Virus record (IMG/VR): IMGVR_UViG_2061766007_004248
Strand: one strand, 5' to 3'
Length of the DNA stretch: 51,479 bases
Source of the DNA: an uncultured virus (IMG/VR IMGVR_UViG_2061766007_004248)
Lineage: Duplodnaviria > Heunggongvirae > Uroviricota > Caudoviricetes
Both the position numbers and the translations under genes were made by a program. The notes beneath the pieces are model-generated. The model did no database searches. It was not told where the DNA came from and saw only the letters and a list, made by a program, of their open reading frames with translations. Below, in pieces: positions 1-11,106 of the stretch; position 1 is the first letter of the stretch, and every line of letters begins with the position of its first letter.

Positions 1-1572
1 TTATTCCTTTATCGTGACTTCCTTCCCGTCCTTGAAGGTAAATACCACCTTGTCATCATAGATTGTGATCCGGCTGAACAGTCTGCGGACGTAGCTTTCG
101 TCATATGTGATCACCGGTCCGGAAAGGCCCTCGAAGAATGAAGCGAGTTCCCTGATCTCATTCGTCCGCTGGGCTTGCATGGCGCTCTGCGAAATGATGG
201 AGTCTTTCTCGTTCCGGAGCGCCAGTATCCCGGTGCCGATGCGGTCAGCGTCCGGACTGTCTGCCCGGTAGCCGACGAGCTCGATCTGCAGCGCCTTGAT
301 CTTCTCGTCAATAGCTGCGGCCTGTTCCAGCAGGGATTCGTTCAGGGCTTCATCCACGCACTCGACCGCGCGGTCAACCGCCTCCTTGCTCATTCTGTAA
401 ACCCGGTTGATGGCGTTGACGGTGATCCGCTGCAGCATCTCTTCGTTTACGGTCCGGCAGCTGCAGGTATCGGTCCCGTCCTCCATGCGGGTGGAGCAGC
501 GCCAGACGACATGCTTTCTGCCGTGGGCGTTCCAGACCACATGTGAAAAGATGTCTCCGCAGTTCCCGCAGATCAGGAGTCCGGAAAATGGGTACTTGCC
601 GCTGTAGACCCGCTTCTTCCTGCCGTTTGCTAGCATATCCGCCCTGCGGACAAGCTCCTGCTGGACGGCTGCGAAGGTCTCCTTGCTGACGATGGCTTCG
701 TGGTCCCCGGCTACATAGTATTTCGGAGCGTCGGTCTTGTTTTTCCTGCGCTTTTTCTCTAATGTGTTGTAGGTCCACGTCTTCTGCAAAAGGGCGTCAC
801 CGATGTATTTCTCGTTGGTGAGGATCTGGTGGATGTTGCTGACCTGCCACTTGGTATTGCCGGCTCCGTTAAGTATCCCCTCGGCCTCCAACCGTTCCTT
901 GATCTGCCTCGGACTCATGCCGGAAAGGAAATCATCGTAAATGCGCCGGACGATAACAGCCTGAGCCACATCAATGATCAGGTGCCCGTCCTCGTCCTTG
1001 GTATAGCCCAGAAAGCGGTTGTGGTTGACCATTACCTTGCCCTGCTCGTTTCTGAACTTAATGCCGATGCGGACGTTCTGGGAAAGTGACTCGGACTCCT
1101 GCTGGGCCAGCGCCGCCATGATGGTAAGCAGCACCTCGCCGGAAGCATCCAGCGTATTGATGTTTTCCTTCTCAAACCGGACGGCGATATTCAGCTCCTT
1201 AAGCTCTCTGGTGAAGTTAAGGCAGTCGACCGTGTTGCGGGCAAACCGGCTGATCGACTTGGTGAGGATCATATCTATCTTCCTCGCGCGGCAGTCCTCT
1301 ATCATCTGCATAAAGCCGCCGCGCTTGGTCGTATAGGTACCTGAGATGCCTTCGTCAGCATACACGCCGGCGAATTCCCAGTCGGGGTTGTTCCTGATCA
1401 GCGTCGTGTAGTACTCGACCTGGATCTCGTAGCTGCCTTCCTGCTCCTCGTTATCTGTGGAGACCCGGGCGTATGCGGCCACGCGAAGCTTTTTCTTTTC
1501 CGCAGACGCTGCCTGTGAGCCGACTTTCTTCTTCGGCATCAGGATGGTCACATTTTCTGCTAAACCTGCCAT
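1..1572 (-). CDS. Large serine recombinase (resolvase + recombinase + Zn-ribbon domains)
   Basis: 523 aa; catalytic VAAYARVST, TKSISRFARN, QQESESLS, CGNCG/WRC Zn ribbon, then coiled coil. Confidence 0.95.
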   Translation of the reverse strand: MAGLAENVTILMPKKKVGSQAASAEKKKLRVAAYARVSTDNEEQEGSYEIQVEYYTTLIRNNPDWEFAGVYADEGISGTYTTKRGGFMQMIEDCRARKIDMILTKSISRFARNTVDCLNFTRELKELNIAVRFEKENINTLDASGEVLLTIMAALAQQESESLSQNVRIGIKFRNEQGKVMVNHNRFLGYTKDEDGHLIIDVAQAVIVRRIYDDFLSGMSPRQIKERLEAEGILNGAGNTKWQVSNIHQILTNEKYIGDALLQKTWTYNTLEKKRRKNKTDAPKYYVAGDHEAIVSKETFAAVQQELVRRADMLANGRKKRVYSGKYPFSGLLICGNCGDIFSHVVWNAHGRKHVVWRCSTRMEDGTDTCSCRTVNEEMLQRITVNAINRVYRMSKEAVDRAVECVDEALNESLLEQAAAIDEKIKALQIELVGYRADSPDADRIGTGILALRNEKDSIISQSAMQAQRTNEIRELASFFEGLSGPVITYDESYVRRLFSRITIYDDKVVFTFKDGKEVTIKE

Positions 1573-1989
1573 TTACTTCACCTCGATCAGACTGTATGCG
1601 TACTCAGCTTGCCGGGCGGGATCGGAGTACCGGATCTCCACCCTCGGAACCTTGAAAGCAGTGATCGGCTTTGCCTCTGAGATCCGACGCTTACTGTTGC
1701 TCCGGCTTAACTGCTTTTCCCGACGCTTTCTTTCCGTCTCTACCGCGTCAAAGGTCTCTTGATCCAGTATGGCTGGATAGAAATCAGTGCCGAGGTATTT
1801 TCTGTTCCTGAGCAGTTTCCCTACAGCCCCGTGGCGCTTCGTCAGGCCTACACGGTTGGCGGCCTCAGCGAAGGACAGCCCCGAAAGGTACAGGCGGCTT
1901 ATTTCCCGAAGCCTGTCTGCTTCATCTGCCTGTATCACGGCTTTTCCGTTTTCAAGCCGGTAGCCGTATGGAGTAGTGTTGTTTGTCAT
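1573..1989 (-). CDS. Small recombinase-domain protein (no catalytic serine domain)
   Basis: 138 aa; TPYGYRLENG, LRNRKYLG..YPAILDQETF; sits between two large serine recombinases. Confidence 0.85.
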   Translation of the reverse strand: MTNNTTPYGYRLENGKAVIQADEADRLREISRLYLSGLSFAEAANRVGLTKRHGAVGKLLRNRKYLGTDFYPAILDQETFDAVETERKRREKQLSRSNSKRRISEAKPITAFKVPRVEIRYSDPARQAEYAYSLIEVK

Positions 1990-1993
1990 TGAT

Positions 1994-3538
1994 CTACATC
2001 CTTTCCCTGAGTTTCAGGCCGCAGCGCATCACGAAAACGATCACATCCCTTGATTCCACAACGGCATGATCCATGAAGCACCCGACCAACTCTTCGTTGA
2101 ACTCTGCTGCGGGTACAGAAGCCATGCAGTAATGCAGCAGTTCCTCCGCGGCAGTCAGTTTTTCCGGGTCATCGTCAGCGGACTTCAGCGCGTAATCCCG
2201 CTCTGATGAAAGCCTGTCGCGCTCGGCTTCGAGCTCCTCACGCATTTTTTGATACATCCAGCTGTCGAGATAGCCTTTCGCTAACAGATCCAGCAGGTTC
2301 TTCTGCCGGTCACTGTTCTCGTTCAGAAGGGCGTTGAGTTCATCAGCGCGGCGGGAATCGGTCTTTTTGCCGCTATGCTTCAGGGCGTCAACGTACGGCC
2401 GCAGGACGTCCGGGTAACAGCAGATGAGCTTGTTCATCATGTTGGTGAAAGCCGCATGCAGCCGATCCTCGTAGATATATAGCATTCCGCATTGGCTCTT
2501 GTCGGAAATATGGGTGTTGCAGCAATATGCGAAGTACTGACCGTCAACTGTTTTGTGGGTCCTGTGTTTGAGGGTGTTGCCGCATTCGCCGCAGATGAGT
2601 TTCCCGGAGAAGGGATAGCGTCTTCGATATTTGCCCGAGCCTGGCACGTTTCCGTACATGGCTCCGTTACGCTCGATCAGCCCCTGGGCGGCGTCAAACA
2701 ACTCGTGGCTGATGATCGGCTCATGATGATCACGGACATAATACTGCGGCACGTCATCGTCATTCCGGCGCCTGTGGAACTGGCTGTCGGTGAAAGTCTT
2801 CTGATAAAGAACGTCGCCGGTGTATTTTTCATTGCGGATGATACCGTTGATCCCCGAGGAAGTCCACTTGCCGCCTTTCCTGGCCGGAACCCCGCGGGCA
2901 TTCAGCTCGTTTGCTATGACATAGGTGCCTTTGCCGCTCATGTATGCCCCGAAGATCCCGCGGACGACTTCGGCCTGTTCCGGGACGACTACCATCCGCC
3001 CGTTTTCGTTCCTGTACCCGTATGGCGGAAAGCCGATCACAAATATGCCCTGCTCAAAACGTTTCTGGGCGCTCCATTTCTCATTGGCGGAGATGGAGAC
3101 GGATTCGCTCTGCGCGAGGCCTGAGAGGATGGAAAGCATCAGTTCACCGTTCATGCTGCCGGTATCGATATCCTCCTTCTCGAAATAAATCGTGATGCCG
3201 AGGTCAGCCAGCTCCCTGACGATCTCCAGGGTATCTACGGTGTTACGCGCGAGACGGCTGATCGATTTCACGATGACGCGGTCGATCTTTCCCTGTCGGC
3301 AATCCTGCAGCATTCGCAGAAGACCGCCGCGCTTATCTTTACTGGTGCCAGTGATGCCTTCATCATAATACAGACCGGCATATTCCCACTTGGGATTACT
3401 GCGGATATACTTTTCGTAATACGTCTTTTGGGCGTCGAGGCTTACAAGCTGCTCGTCGCTGTTGGTCGATACACGGGCATACGCGGCTACCCTCAGCGAC
3501 TGTTCGGGCAGACGTTCCGGGTCTATTTTAGTTATCAC
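1994..3538 (-). CDS. Large serine recombinase
   Basis: 514 aa; VAAYARVST, KSISRLARN, PPYGY, CGECG Zn ribbon; GTG start with GGAGG RBS. Confidence 0.95.
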   Translation of the reverse strand: MITKIDPERLPEQSLRVAAYARVSTNSDEQLVSLDAQKTYYEKYIRSNPKWEYAGLYYDEGITGTSKDKRGGLLRMLQDCRQGKIDRVIVKSISRLARNTVDTLEIVRELADLGITIYFEKEDIDTGSMNGELMLSILSGLAQSESVSISANEKWSAQKRFEQGIFVIGFPPYGYRNENGRMVVVPEQAEVVRGIFGAYMSGKGTYVIANELNARGVPARKGGKWTSSGINGIIRNEKYTGDVLYQKTFTDSQFHRRRNDDDVPQYYVRDHHEPIISHELFDAAQGLIERNGAMYGNVPGSGKYRRRYPFSGKLICGECGNTLKHRTHKTVDGQYFAYCCNTHISDKSQCGMLYIYEDRLHAAFTNMMNKLICCYPDVLRPYVDALKHSGKKTDSRRADELNALLNENSDRQKNLLDLLAKGYLDSWMYQKMREELEAERDRLSSERDYALKSADDDPEKLTAAEELLHYCMASVPAAEFNEELVGCFMDHAVVESRDVIVFVMRCGLKLRERM

Positions 3539-3599
3539 GGTCTCGGACCTCCTTTCAGCGTAGTATTCATCACTCTAAAAGCGAATAATAGCAAGTCAT

Positions 3600-3809
3600 T
3601 TATGCCCTTATTTCCGGGTATAACGGGTTAAATTTCTCGCAGGCTTTTCGCTTGATCCTGTTGAATTCATCAATGGAGATCCTGCCGTCCGCATATAGCT
3701 TTTTTGCAAAACGTACGACTGACAAGTATTCAAACTCGCCCTGCAGTCGTTCATGGGTTATGGGCTCTGAAACATAAGCTGCCTCTGAAACACGGCTTTC
3801 ATTAAACAC
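3600..3809 (-). CDS. SHOCT-like small protein
   Basis: 69 aa; KKLYADGRISIDEFNRIK motif; typical position upstream of such recombinase clusters. Confidence 0.7.
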   Translation of the reverse strand: MFNESRVSEAAYVSEPITHERLQGEFEYLSVVRFAKKLYADGRISIDEFNRIKRKACEKFNPLYPEIRA

Positions 3810-4243
3810 GATCGTTTCCTCCAGTCTGAGATGCGTTCCTCTCAGTACCTATTGGAGGGAAATGCTTGTTTTGAACGAAAAACTCTCAGTAAAAATTCAC
3901 GATGGGCCAACCAGTCATGTTATTTCAGGGGCTCATTTACACAAGTATATGCAGTTCATGCGCTTTATGCTGTAATTCGTGACTGAATGNNNNNNNNNNC
4001 GAGGAAGCCAGACGCAAAGAAAAGCGAGCTGTATCAAAGGCCGTAGCCGAGGCAGACAAAGCTGAGCGGAGTAATGAATAGTGGAACAGACAGATACAGA
4101 GAGAGTCAGACTAACAAAGTGCAGCGTGAAACGAACGGTTACCGAGAGGCACAGACCAACAGAGTGCAGACGAACCAGCCGGAGTAATTCCGAGAAAGAG
4201 ACCGCATACACGTACATATAGAGTAAGCAGGGAGAGCGAGGAA

Positions 4244-7197
4244 ATGAGCGGAGAGGACAGCAGGAAGGGAAGAAACGAACTGAACGAAGGGACTGCTTTT
4301 TCTGAGCTCAAGGAGTCCATAGCAGGCGTTGAAGGCAAAGCGGAGAACGGCATAGAGGGAAAAGCAGGAGAAGAGGGCGTAAAAATGGAGAATAAAGAGA
4401 ATAAGGGAATACAGAGCGACGTATTCGAGCTCATGGGGGCTACTGAGGGTATTCGCAAGACGACGATGGAGGAGGACTTTTCTGAGCTGTACGGCGAGGA
4501 GTTAAACACACTGCGCGGCGTCAGCCGGAAGGTATACGACCTGGGTAAGGGACGCCGGCAGGCGATCAGCTACAGCGAGCCTGTGCACTATGTGAGTGCG
4601 GGTAAGTATGAGGATATAGACAACCGTCTGGAATATGACGAAAAGGAGAACGTACTGCGCACAAAGGCGAACGCGTACAGTACGACAATAGCGAAGACGG
4701 ACGAGGGGAAAGCGATCGTCACCATGGAGCGTGAGGGCCAGGCGTTTCCTTTGAGGTATAAAGGGGAGAGCCGGGGCGCAGAGGGCGAGATCATCGAGAT
4801 AAAGAGAGCGGAGCCGTGTAACGCGGAGGAAGCGCGCGCTGACCTGTCGGAACGTCTGCACAGCGGAGTAAGGTACAGCGAGCTGCGTCCGGGCATGGAT
4901 GCGGAGGTATATATAACGGGGAAAGGCGTAGAGACGAAGCTGATCCTGAAGGAGAGCGAAGCGAAAGGGCAGGCGGGCATCGAGCTGCCCGAGGGGTACG
5001 AATATAAGCAGCGGGAGAACGGCGACGTAGTTGTATACCTGAAAGGCAGGGAATACATCGGGATCAGCCATGCGTGGGCGTACGACGCGGAAGGAAAAGA
5101 AGTACCCGTCAGGACAGTACTGGAAGGCAGGGAACTGCGGTACGAAGTGGAGGAAGGGCTGGAGACTGTATACCCTGTTGTGATCGATCCTGTGATCGAG
5201 TACAACGGGCAGGCGGGCGGAATGTACACGGTGTACATAGACAGCACGAACCCGAACACGAACTACCGTAACGACTTTCTGAGGGCAGGCGTGTATACGA
5301 CGATGTCGGGTCCGCCTGAGTACGTGACGCTGGTAAAGCCGGACACACTGGTACCGCAGAAGTCGTCGGACACGATCATAGGCGCGAACCTTAACCTGAA
5401 GGTGTGTGCGTACGGGGGCAACGAGTGGTACCTGGGCGCGTACAGGGTAACGAGCGACTGGAACGAATCGACGGTAACGTGGAACAGTATGGACGCGAGC
5501 CATGCCACGCATATGTCGAACGACCTCCAGAGCTATATATCCAACATAGCGACGGGGAGCTACGGAGCGCTGGACATAACGGAGGCGTACCGGAGCTGGT
5601 ATAAGAAGGACAGCCAGGGCAACCATACGAATTACGGGATAGCAGTGCGCCGTGCGTGCGCCGCTACGTTTAACTGCGCGCAGTTCTATTCGTCGCGGTA
5701 CGCGGACGGAGGGAACCCGTACATATCGGTGAACTACGTGAGCCACGCGGGCCGTAAGAGCTGGTGGAAGTACGAAGGCATGGAGACGGGGCGCGCGGGT
5801 AGCGTGTACGTGGACATATACAACGGGAACAGCATAGCGGAGCACGTGGACACGGTAACGGCAGGGAACCGCATGCCGGTGAGCATAAGCCATATATACA
5901 ACAGCTGCCTGTCGGACGAGGACGAGGCGTACTGCGGGCTGGGCTGGCGTATGAGCGTGAACCAGTATGTGCGCAGGGCGATCATCATGAGCCAGAGGTA
6001 CTACATCTGGAAAGACGGGGACGGCACGGAGCATTACTTCGAGGTGAACGGCGACGGCCCGTACAGCGACTGCGAAGGCATGCAGCTTAAGCTGAGCCTT
6101 ACGAGCAACTGGGTGCTCATAAAGGACAAGAGCGACACGCAGATGCGGTTCCCGCTCATGACGGGATACGAGAAGGTGTACCTGGACGGCATACAGGACG
6201 CGCAGGGGAACACGATGTTCCTTACGTACGACGCGAACTATCCGGGCAGGGTAACGAAGGTAAAGGACGGTATAAACAGGGAGACGGTATTGAGCTACGG
6301 GAGCAACGGGCTGCTGAGCTCGATCACCGCTCCGGGATGCCCTGTAGTTTCGTTCACGTACGGCGGGAACAGCACGACGGGATACATACTGACGCGGATC
6401 AGTTATTCTGACCTTAGTTCGAACCAGTATACGGAATACAGTTACGACACGTACGGGGGCCAGCAGTTCACGGCGACGCTGGTGAAGATAAAGAACTACG
6501 ACGGCATCGAGACGCGTATAGGGTACGACACGGACCTTGACACCACGTACATAGGGAACTACACGGAGCAGACGCGGCACGTGGTATCGCTTGAGCGTGT
6601 GAACGGGAACGTGAAGGGCACGAAGAAGCTGCTGACGTACGGGCATATGCACACGGTGATCAAGTATGTGAGCGATACGGCGAGCGACGAAGACGGGAAG
6701 AGCATAACGTACCACTTCAATAACGCGGGCAACGTAGTGAGCGCGCACGACGAGGAGTGGCACGGACTGGCGGTAAAGTACAACAGCGGTATAGACAACA
6801 CTCCCGGGGAAGCGAGCGACCTGGTAAAGACGGTCATAAACCGAATCGAGTATCCGGACTTTTTCAAGGGGTGGACGCTGGTAAAGGGGCACAGTTCTGA
6901 CGCGTGCGCGAGGAACACGGGCACCAGGTGCATGAGCCTGCCTGTGGCGAAGCTGGTAAAGGGCGGCGCAGGCGAACTTAAGCTGAGCGCGACAGGCCAG
7001 CTGTACAAGAGCGGGACGTATACGTTTTCCGGGTATGTGAACACCACGGGGATAACTGTGCCGTCAGGGAAAAAGGGCACGTTCCTCAGGGTTATTTCCA
7101 ACGGCAACACGTACGAGAGCCGCGCAGTGAGCGGGAGCACGTCGGGGAAGAGCAACGGGACGTTCGCGTCGGGCTGGGAGCGAATGAGCGTGACGTT
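4244..7197 (+). CDS. WapA-like Rhs/YD-repeat protein, N-terminal part (DNRLRE-like domain, YD repeats), cut by gap
   Basis: YIDSTNPNTNY...DWNESTVTWN...LDITEAYRSW...FYSS (DNRLRE-like); VDIYNGN...YNS...GLGW; YD repeats; start could alternatively be ATG 4385. Confidence 0.9.
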
Positions 7198-7207
7198 NNN
7201 NNNNNNN

Positions 7208-7958
7208 CGTGGCGAAGCTGGTAAAAGGCGGCGCGGGCGAACTGAAATACAGCGCTACCGGGCGGCTGTACAAGAGCGGGACGTATACATTTTCCGGGTA
7301 TGTGAAGACCGGCGGGATAACCGTACCGTCAGGGAAGAAGGGCACGTTCCTCAGGGTCATCTCCAACGGGAACACGTACGAGAGCCGCGCAGTGAGCGCG
7401 AGCACGTCAGGCAAGAGCAACGGCACGTTCGCGTCGGGCTGGGAGCGAATGAGCGTGACGTTCCCGTTCGAGTACGGCACAGACACGAGCGTGACGGTAG
7501 TGTTCGTATGCGACGGAAGTGCGGGTACGCTGTACTGGGGCTGTCCGCAGCTGGAGGAAGGCACGCTGGCAGGCAGCTACAACATGGTAGCTGACGGGGA
7601 CTTTTCGCTCACGGTAACGAACACGGAGGGGAGCAGTCCCAGGCTGTTTCCCAAGATGTGGAGCGACATAAGCGCGAGCACGTCGATGAACAACGGCGTN
7701 NNNNNNNNNAAGGGTCATCTCCAACGGGAACACGTATGAGAGCCGCGCAGTGAGCGCGAGCACGTCAGGCAAGAGCAACGGGACGTTCGCGTCGGGCTGG
7801 GAGCGAATGAGCGTGACGTTCCCGTTCGAGTACGGCACAGACACGAGCGTGACGGTAGTGTTCGTATGCGACGGCAGCGCGGGTACGCTGTACTGGGGCT
7901 GTCCGCAACTGGAGGAAGGCACGCTGGCAGGCAGCTACAACATGGTAGCTGACGGGGA
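7208..7958 (+). other. Rhs middle-region fragments (CBM-like beta domain), overlapping variant copies between gaps
   Basis: YTFSGYVKT...GWERMSVTF...QLEEG...YNMVADGDF; near-identical to 6944-7197 and to each other. Confidence 0.8.
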
Positions 7959-7994
7959 NNNNNNNNNNCTATTGATGCTGTAAAAAAACGCGTT

Positions 7995-8193
7995 TGAACC
8001 ATAGTCAATAAATAGACACGGGAGTAAAGGACAATTAACTTAGGTTGGAGATCTGGGATGCGCACTCCAGAAGTTAGCCTCCATTTCGTTAGGAGTCAGG
8101 TAGCCAAGAGAACCGTGAGGGTGTCTCCTTTTTGTGTCTACTCGATTGTAACATATACTTCACTTTCGTGTCCACTTATATAATATAGATCCA
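7995..8193 (-). mobile_element. IS3-family-derived miniature element (internally deleted)
   Basis: Imperfect TG...CA inverted ends (TGGATCTATATTATATAAGTGGACACG / TGAACCATAGTCAATAAATAGACACG); an RBS runs straight into a transposase C-terminal tail HPHGSLGYLTPNEMEA. Confidence 0.75.
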
Positions 8194-8254
8194 ATGTAAT
8201 GTGCATCCATATGGGCTATTTAAAGATGAGTGGCTCGCTGATTTNNNNNNNNNN

Positions 8255-8336
8255 ACCGTGAGGGCATCTCCTTTTTGTGTCTACTCGATTGTAACACATA
8301 TTCCACTTTCGTGTCCACTTATATAATATAGATCCA
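8255..8336 (-). mobile_element. Second, partial copy of the IS3-derived miniature element, abutting Rhs core DNA
   Basis: Near-identical to 8112-8193; followed without a gap by cggaagcgtcacgaacagctggg (Rhs core). Confidence 0.7.
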
Positions 8337-8757
8337 ACGGAAGCGTCACGAACAGCTGGGACACTACGCAGCGGCCTGTGGAGAGCGNNNNNNNNNNNNN
8401 ACCGAGTAAGCAAGTTCCATGAAGTTACGGGGAGCGGTACGCATAAGACAGAATACCAGTACGACAAGGACAACCGTGTAAAGGCGCTGAGGTACGACGG
8501 GAGCAACAATTACCTGGTGAACTACACNNNNNNNNNNTGATTCGAGAGGGCGCGCGGCGAGAGTGACGGACACAGAGGGCGGAAGCGTCACGAACAGCTG
8601 GGACACTACGCAGCGGCCTGTGGAGAGCGAGCAGCGTGACGGGAGCAACGGACTCAGGTACCGGAACCTGATCGAGTACGACAACAAGAACCGTGTAAGC
8701 AAGTTCAATGAAGTTACGGGGAGCGGTACGCATAAGACAGAATACCAGTACGACAAG
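8337..8757 (+). other. Rhs core fragments (gapped)
   Basis: GGSVTNSWDTTQRPVES, IEYDNKNRVSK, EYQYDKDNRV; match copies at 12740-12849 and 14887-15300. Confidence 0.8.
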
Positions 8758-8767
8758 NNNNNNNNNN

Positions 8768-9892
8768 CAGTACGGATACGAGCAGGGTAATACTGCGTAC
8801 GGCAACAACGCCACGACACCGCTGGTCGCCAACATAACCCAGGGCAGCGGAACGAACGCGTTCAACCTGGCGTACACGTATGACGACAGGGGGAACATAA
8901 CGAGCGAGACCCGGAACGGGAACATTACCACTTACGAGTACGACGCTTTGGGCCAGCTCGTGAGGGTGAACGACGAGAACGACACAACAGGCGGCAGCAC
9001 CGGCACCACGTGGATCTACGCGTACGACAGAGGCGGGAACATACTGAGCAAGACGGCGTACGCGTATACGACGGGAACAGTAGGCACGGCGGTAAGGACG
9101 TATACGTACGGGTACACTGATACCAACTGGAAAGACAAGCTCACGGTCTTTGACAACAATACAATAACGTATGACGGGATAGGGAATCCGCTAAGCGATG
9201 GTACATGGACGTACGTATGGCAGGCCGGCAGGCAGCTCAGGAGCATGAGCAAGGCTGACGGGAACGACACGATAACTGTGGAGTTCGAGTACGATCACGC
9301 GGGACTGAGGACGAAGAAAACAAAGAAGGTCAACGATGCGGTAAGAGAAGTAACCGAGTACATACTTAACGGGAAGAATGTAGTAGAGCTGATACATACA
9401 GCTTACCCCGAGAACTCAGATCTTGTTGTAAACGTGCTGCACTTCTATTACGACGCGCAGGGCAGGGCGGCCATGGTTAAGCACAACGGGGTGATGTACG
9501 GGTATGTGCACGACCTGCAGGGGGACGTGATCGGGATACTGGACAACACCGGCAGCGTGGCAGTAGAGTACAAATACGACGCGTGGGGCAGACCGTTGGG
9601 AGTGACGGGTACGCTGGCTGCAACGCTGGGCGAACTGAACCCCTTCAGGTACAGAGGGTATGTATTCGATCAGGAAACACAACTGTACTATCTCAGAAGT
9701 AGATACTATGATGCTAATAAGGATAGGTTTATAAATAGTGATACAACTATTGGGCAAGATAGATTGTTGGCTTCATATTCGCTGTATACATATGGAATAA
9801 ACAACCCTATCATACGTGTTGATTTTCTAGGTAAAGAAGGAATTACTGTAATAGAAGATGAAGATGAATATGAAAGTATAATTCGAACACTG
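8768..9892 (+). CDS. Rhs core + C-terminal tip 1 (both ends at gaps)
   Basis: YD repeats; NPFRYRGYVFDQETQLYYLRSRYY; PIIRVDFLG cleavage-like motif; abrupt drop in GC. Confidence 0.85.
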
Positions 9893-9902
9893 NNNNNNNN
9901 NN

Positions 9903-11106
9903 GAATCCGTTAAGCGACGGGACGTGGACGTACGTATGGCAGGCGGGCAGGCAGCTCAGGAGCATGACCAAGCTTGACGGGAACGACACGATAACGGTGG
10001 AGTTCGAGTACGATCATGCCGGGCTGCGTACGAAGAAAACAAGAAAGGTCAACAACGTCATCAATGAGGTAAATGAGTACATACTGAACGGGAAGAACGT
10101 AGTAGAGCTGATACATACCGTTTACCCTGAGAACTCAGATCCTGTTGTAAACGTGCTGCACTTCTACTACGACGCGCAGGGACGTGCGGCGATGGTGAAG
10201 CACAACGGAGTGATGTACGGGTATGTGCACGACCTGCAGGGCGACGTCATAGGGATGCTGGACAATACCGGCAGCGTGGCGGTCGAGTACAAATACGACG
10301 CGTGGGGCAGGCCATTGAGCGTGACAGGGACGCTGGCTGCGACCCTCGGTGAACTCAATCCCTTCAGGTACAGAGGGTATGTGTTCGATCAGGAAACCCA
10401 ACTCTACTATCTCAGAAGCAGGTTCTATTCAACAATTCATAGCAGGTTTATATCTTCTGATTTGTTAATTAACTCTATAGGATCATATGTATATTGTTCC
10501 AATATCCCCACGATGTTAGGTGATTGGAATGGCAGATCAGGTCAAAAGAGCGAATCATCAGGAAATATAACAGACTTCAGGCGTGAAGGATTCTTTTTCG
10601 TTGCTCTCTACGGAAGGTATCATTATAGCCTTTCTGATTATAATTGCTATGAAAAAACAGACGTATTGACTATGTATATTCCATATCAGGATATACAGTA
10701 TTATAATAACGCTCTATTGTTTGAAAATGAAAATCCATTAGATGCTGTTGAGGAAGCACTTTTTGATGAGGCAATCTCTCAAACTGCTGATAAGGTATCA
10801 GATTATTTGGGTCAGATTGGAAAATGTGGACGATTGTTTAGCTTTTTATTAACACTAATTGGAATCAGTAAAAAATACAAAGCTGATGTAATCAAAGAGG
10901 CACAGAAGAAAAATCATAAAAAAGCTCAACAAGAAGCAACAAATAACAAGACAGGTATGTTTGTTGTTATAACAAAAAAATCCATACGCAGATATATGAT
11001 TGAGGCTTGGGGGAAAAGTTACCTGGGTACAGATATAGAAACGAATGTGCAGTACTACGAAGCATGGGAATTTGTAAACTCATATGGAGGCAATTATAAA
11101 AAATGA
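9903..11106 (+). CDS. Rhs core + C-terminal tip 2 (unknown toxin)
   Basis: Same core; PTMLGDWNG followed by an AT-rich unique tail. Confidence 0.85.

Noticed and set aside
4502..6892. 796-aa minus-strand ORF and similar antisense ORFs over Rhs cores
   Set aside because: V/R/P-rich shadow ORFs caused by the sense-strand codon bias; no motifs
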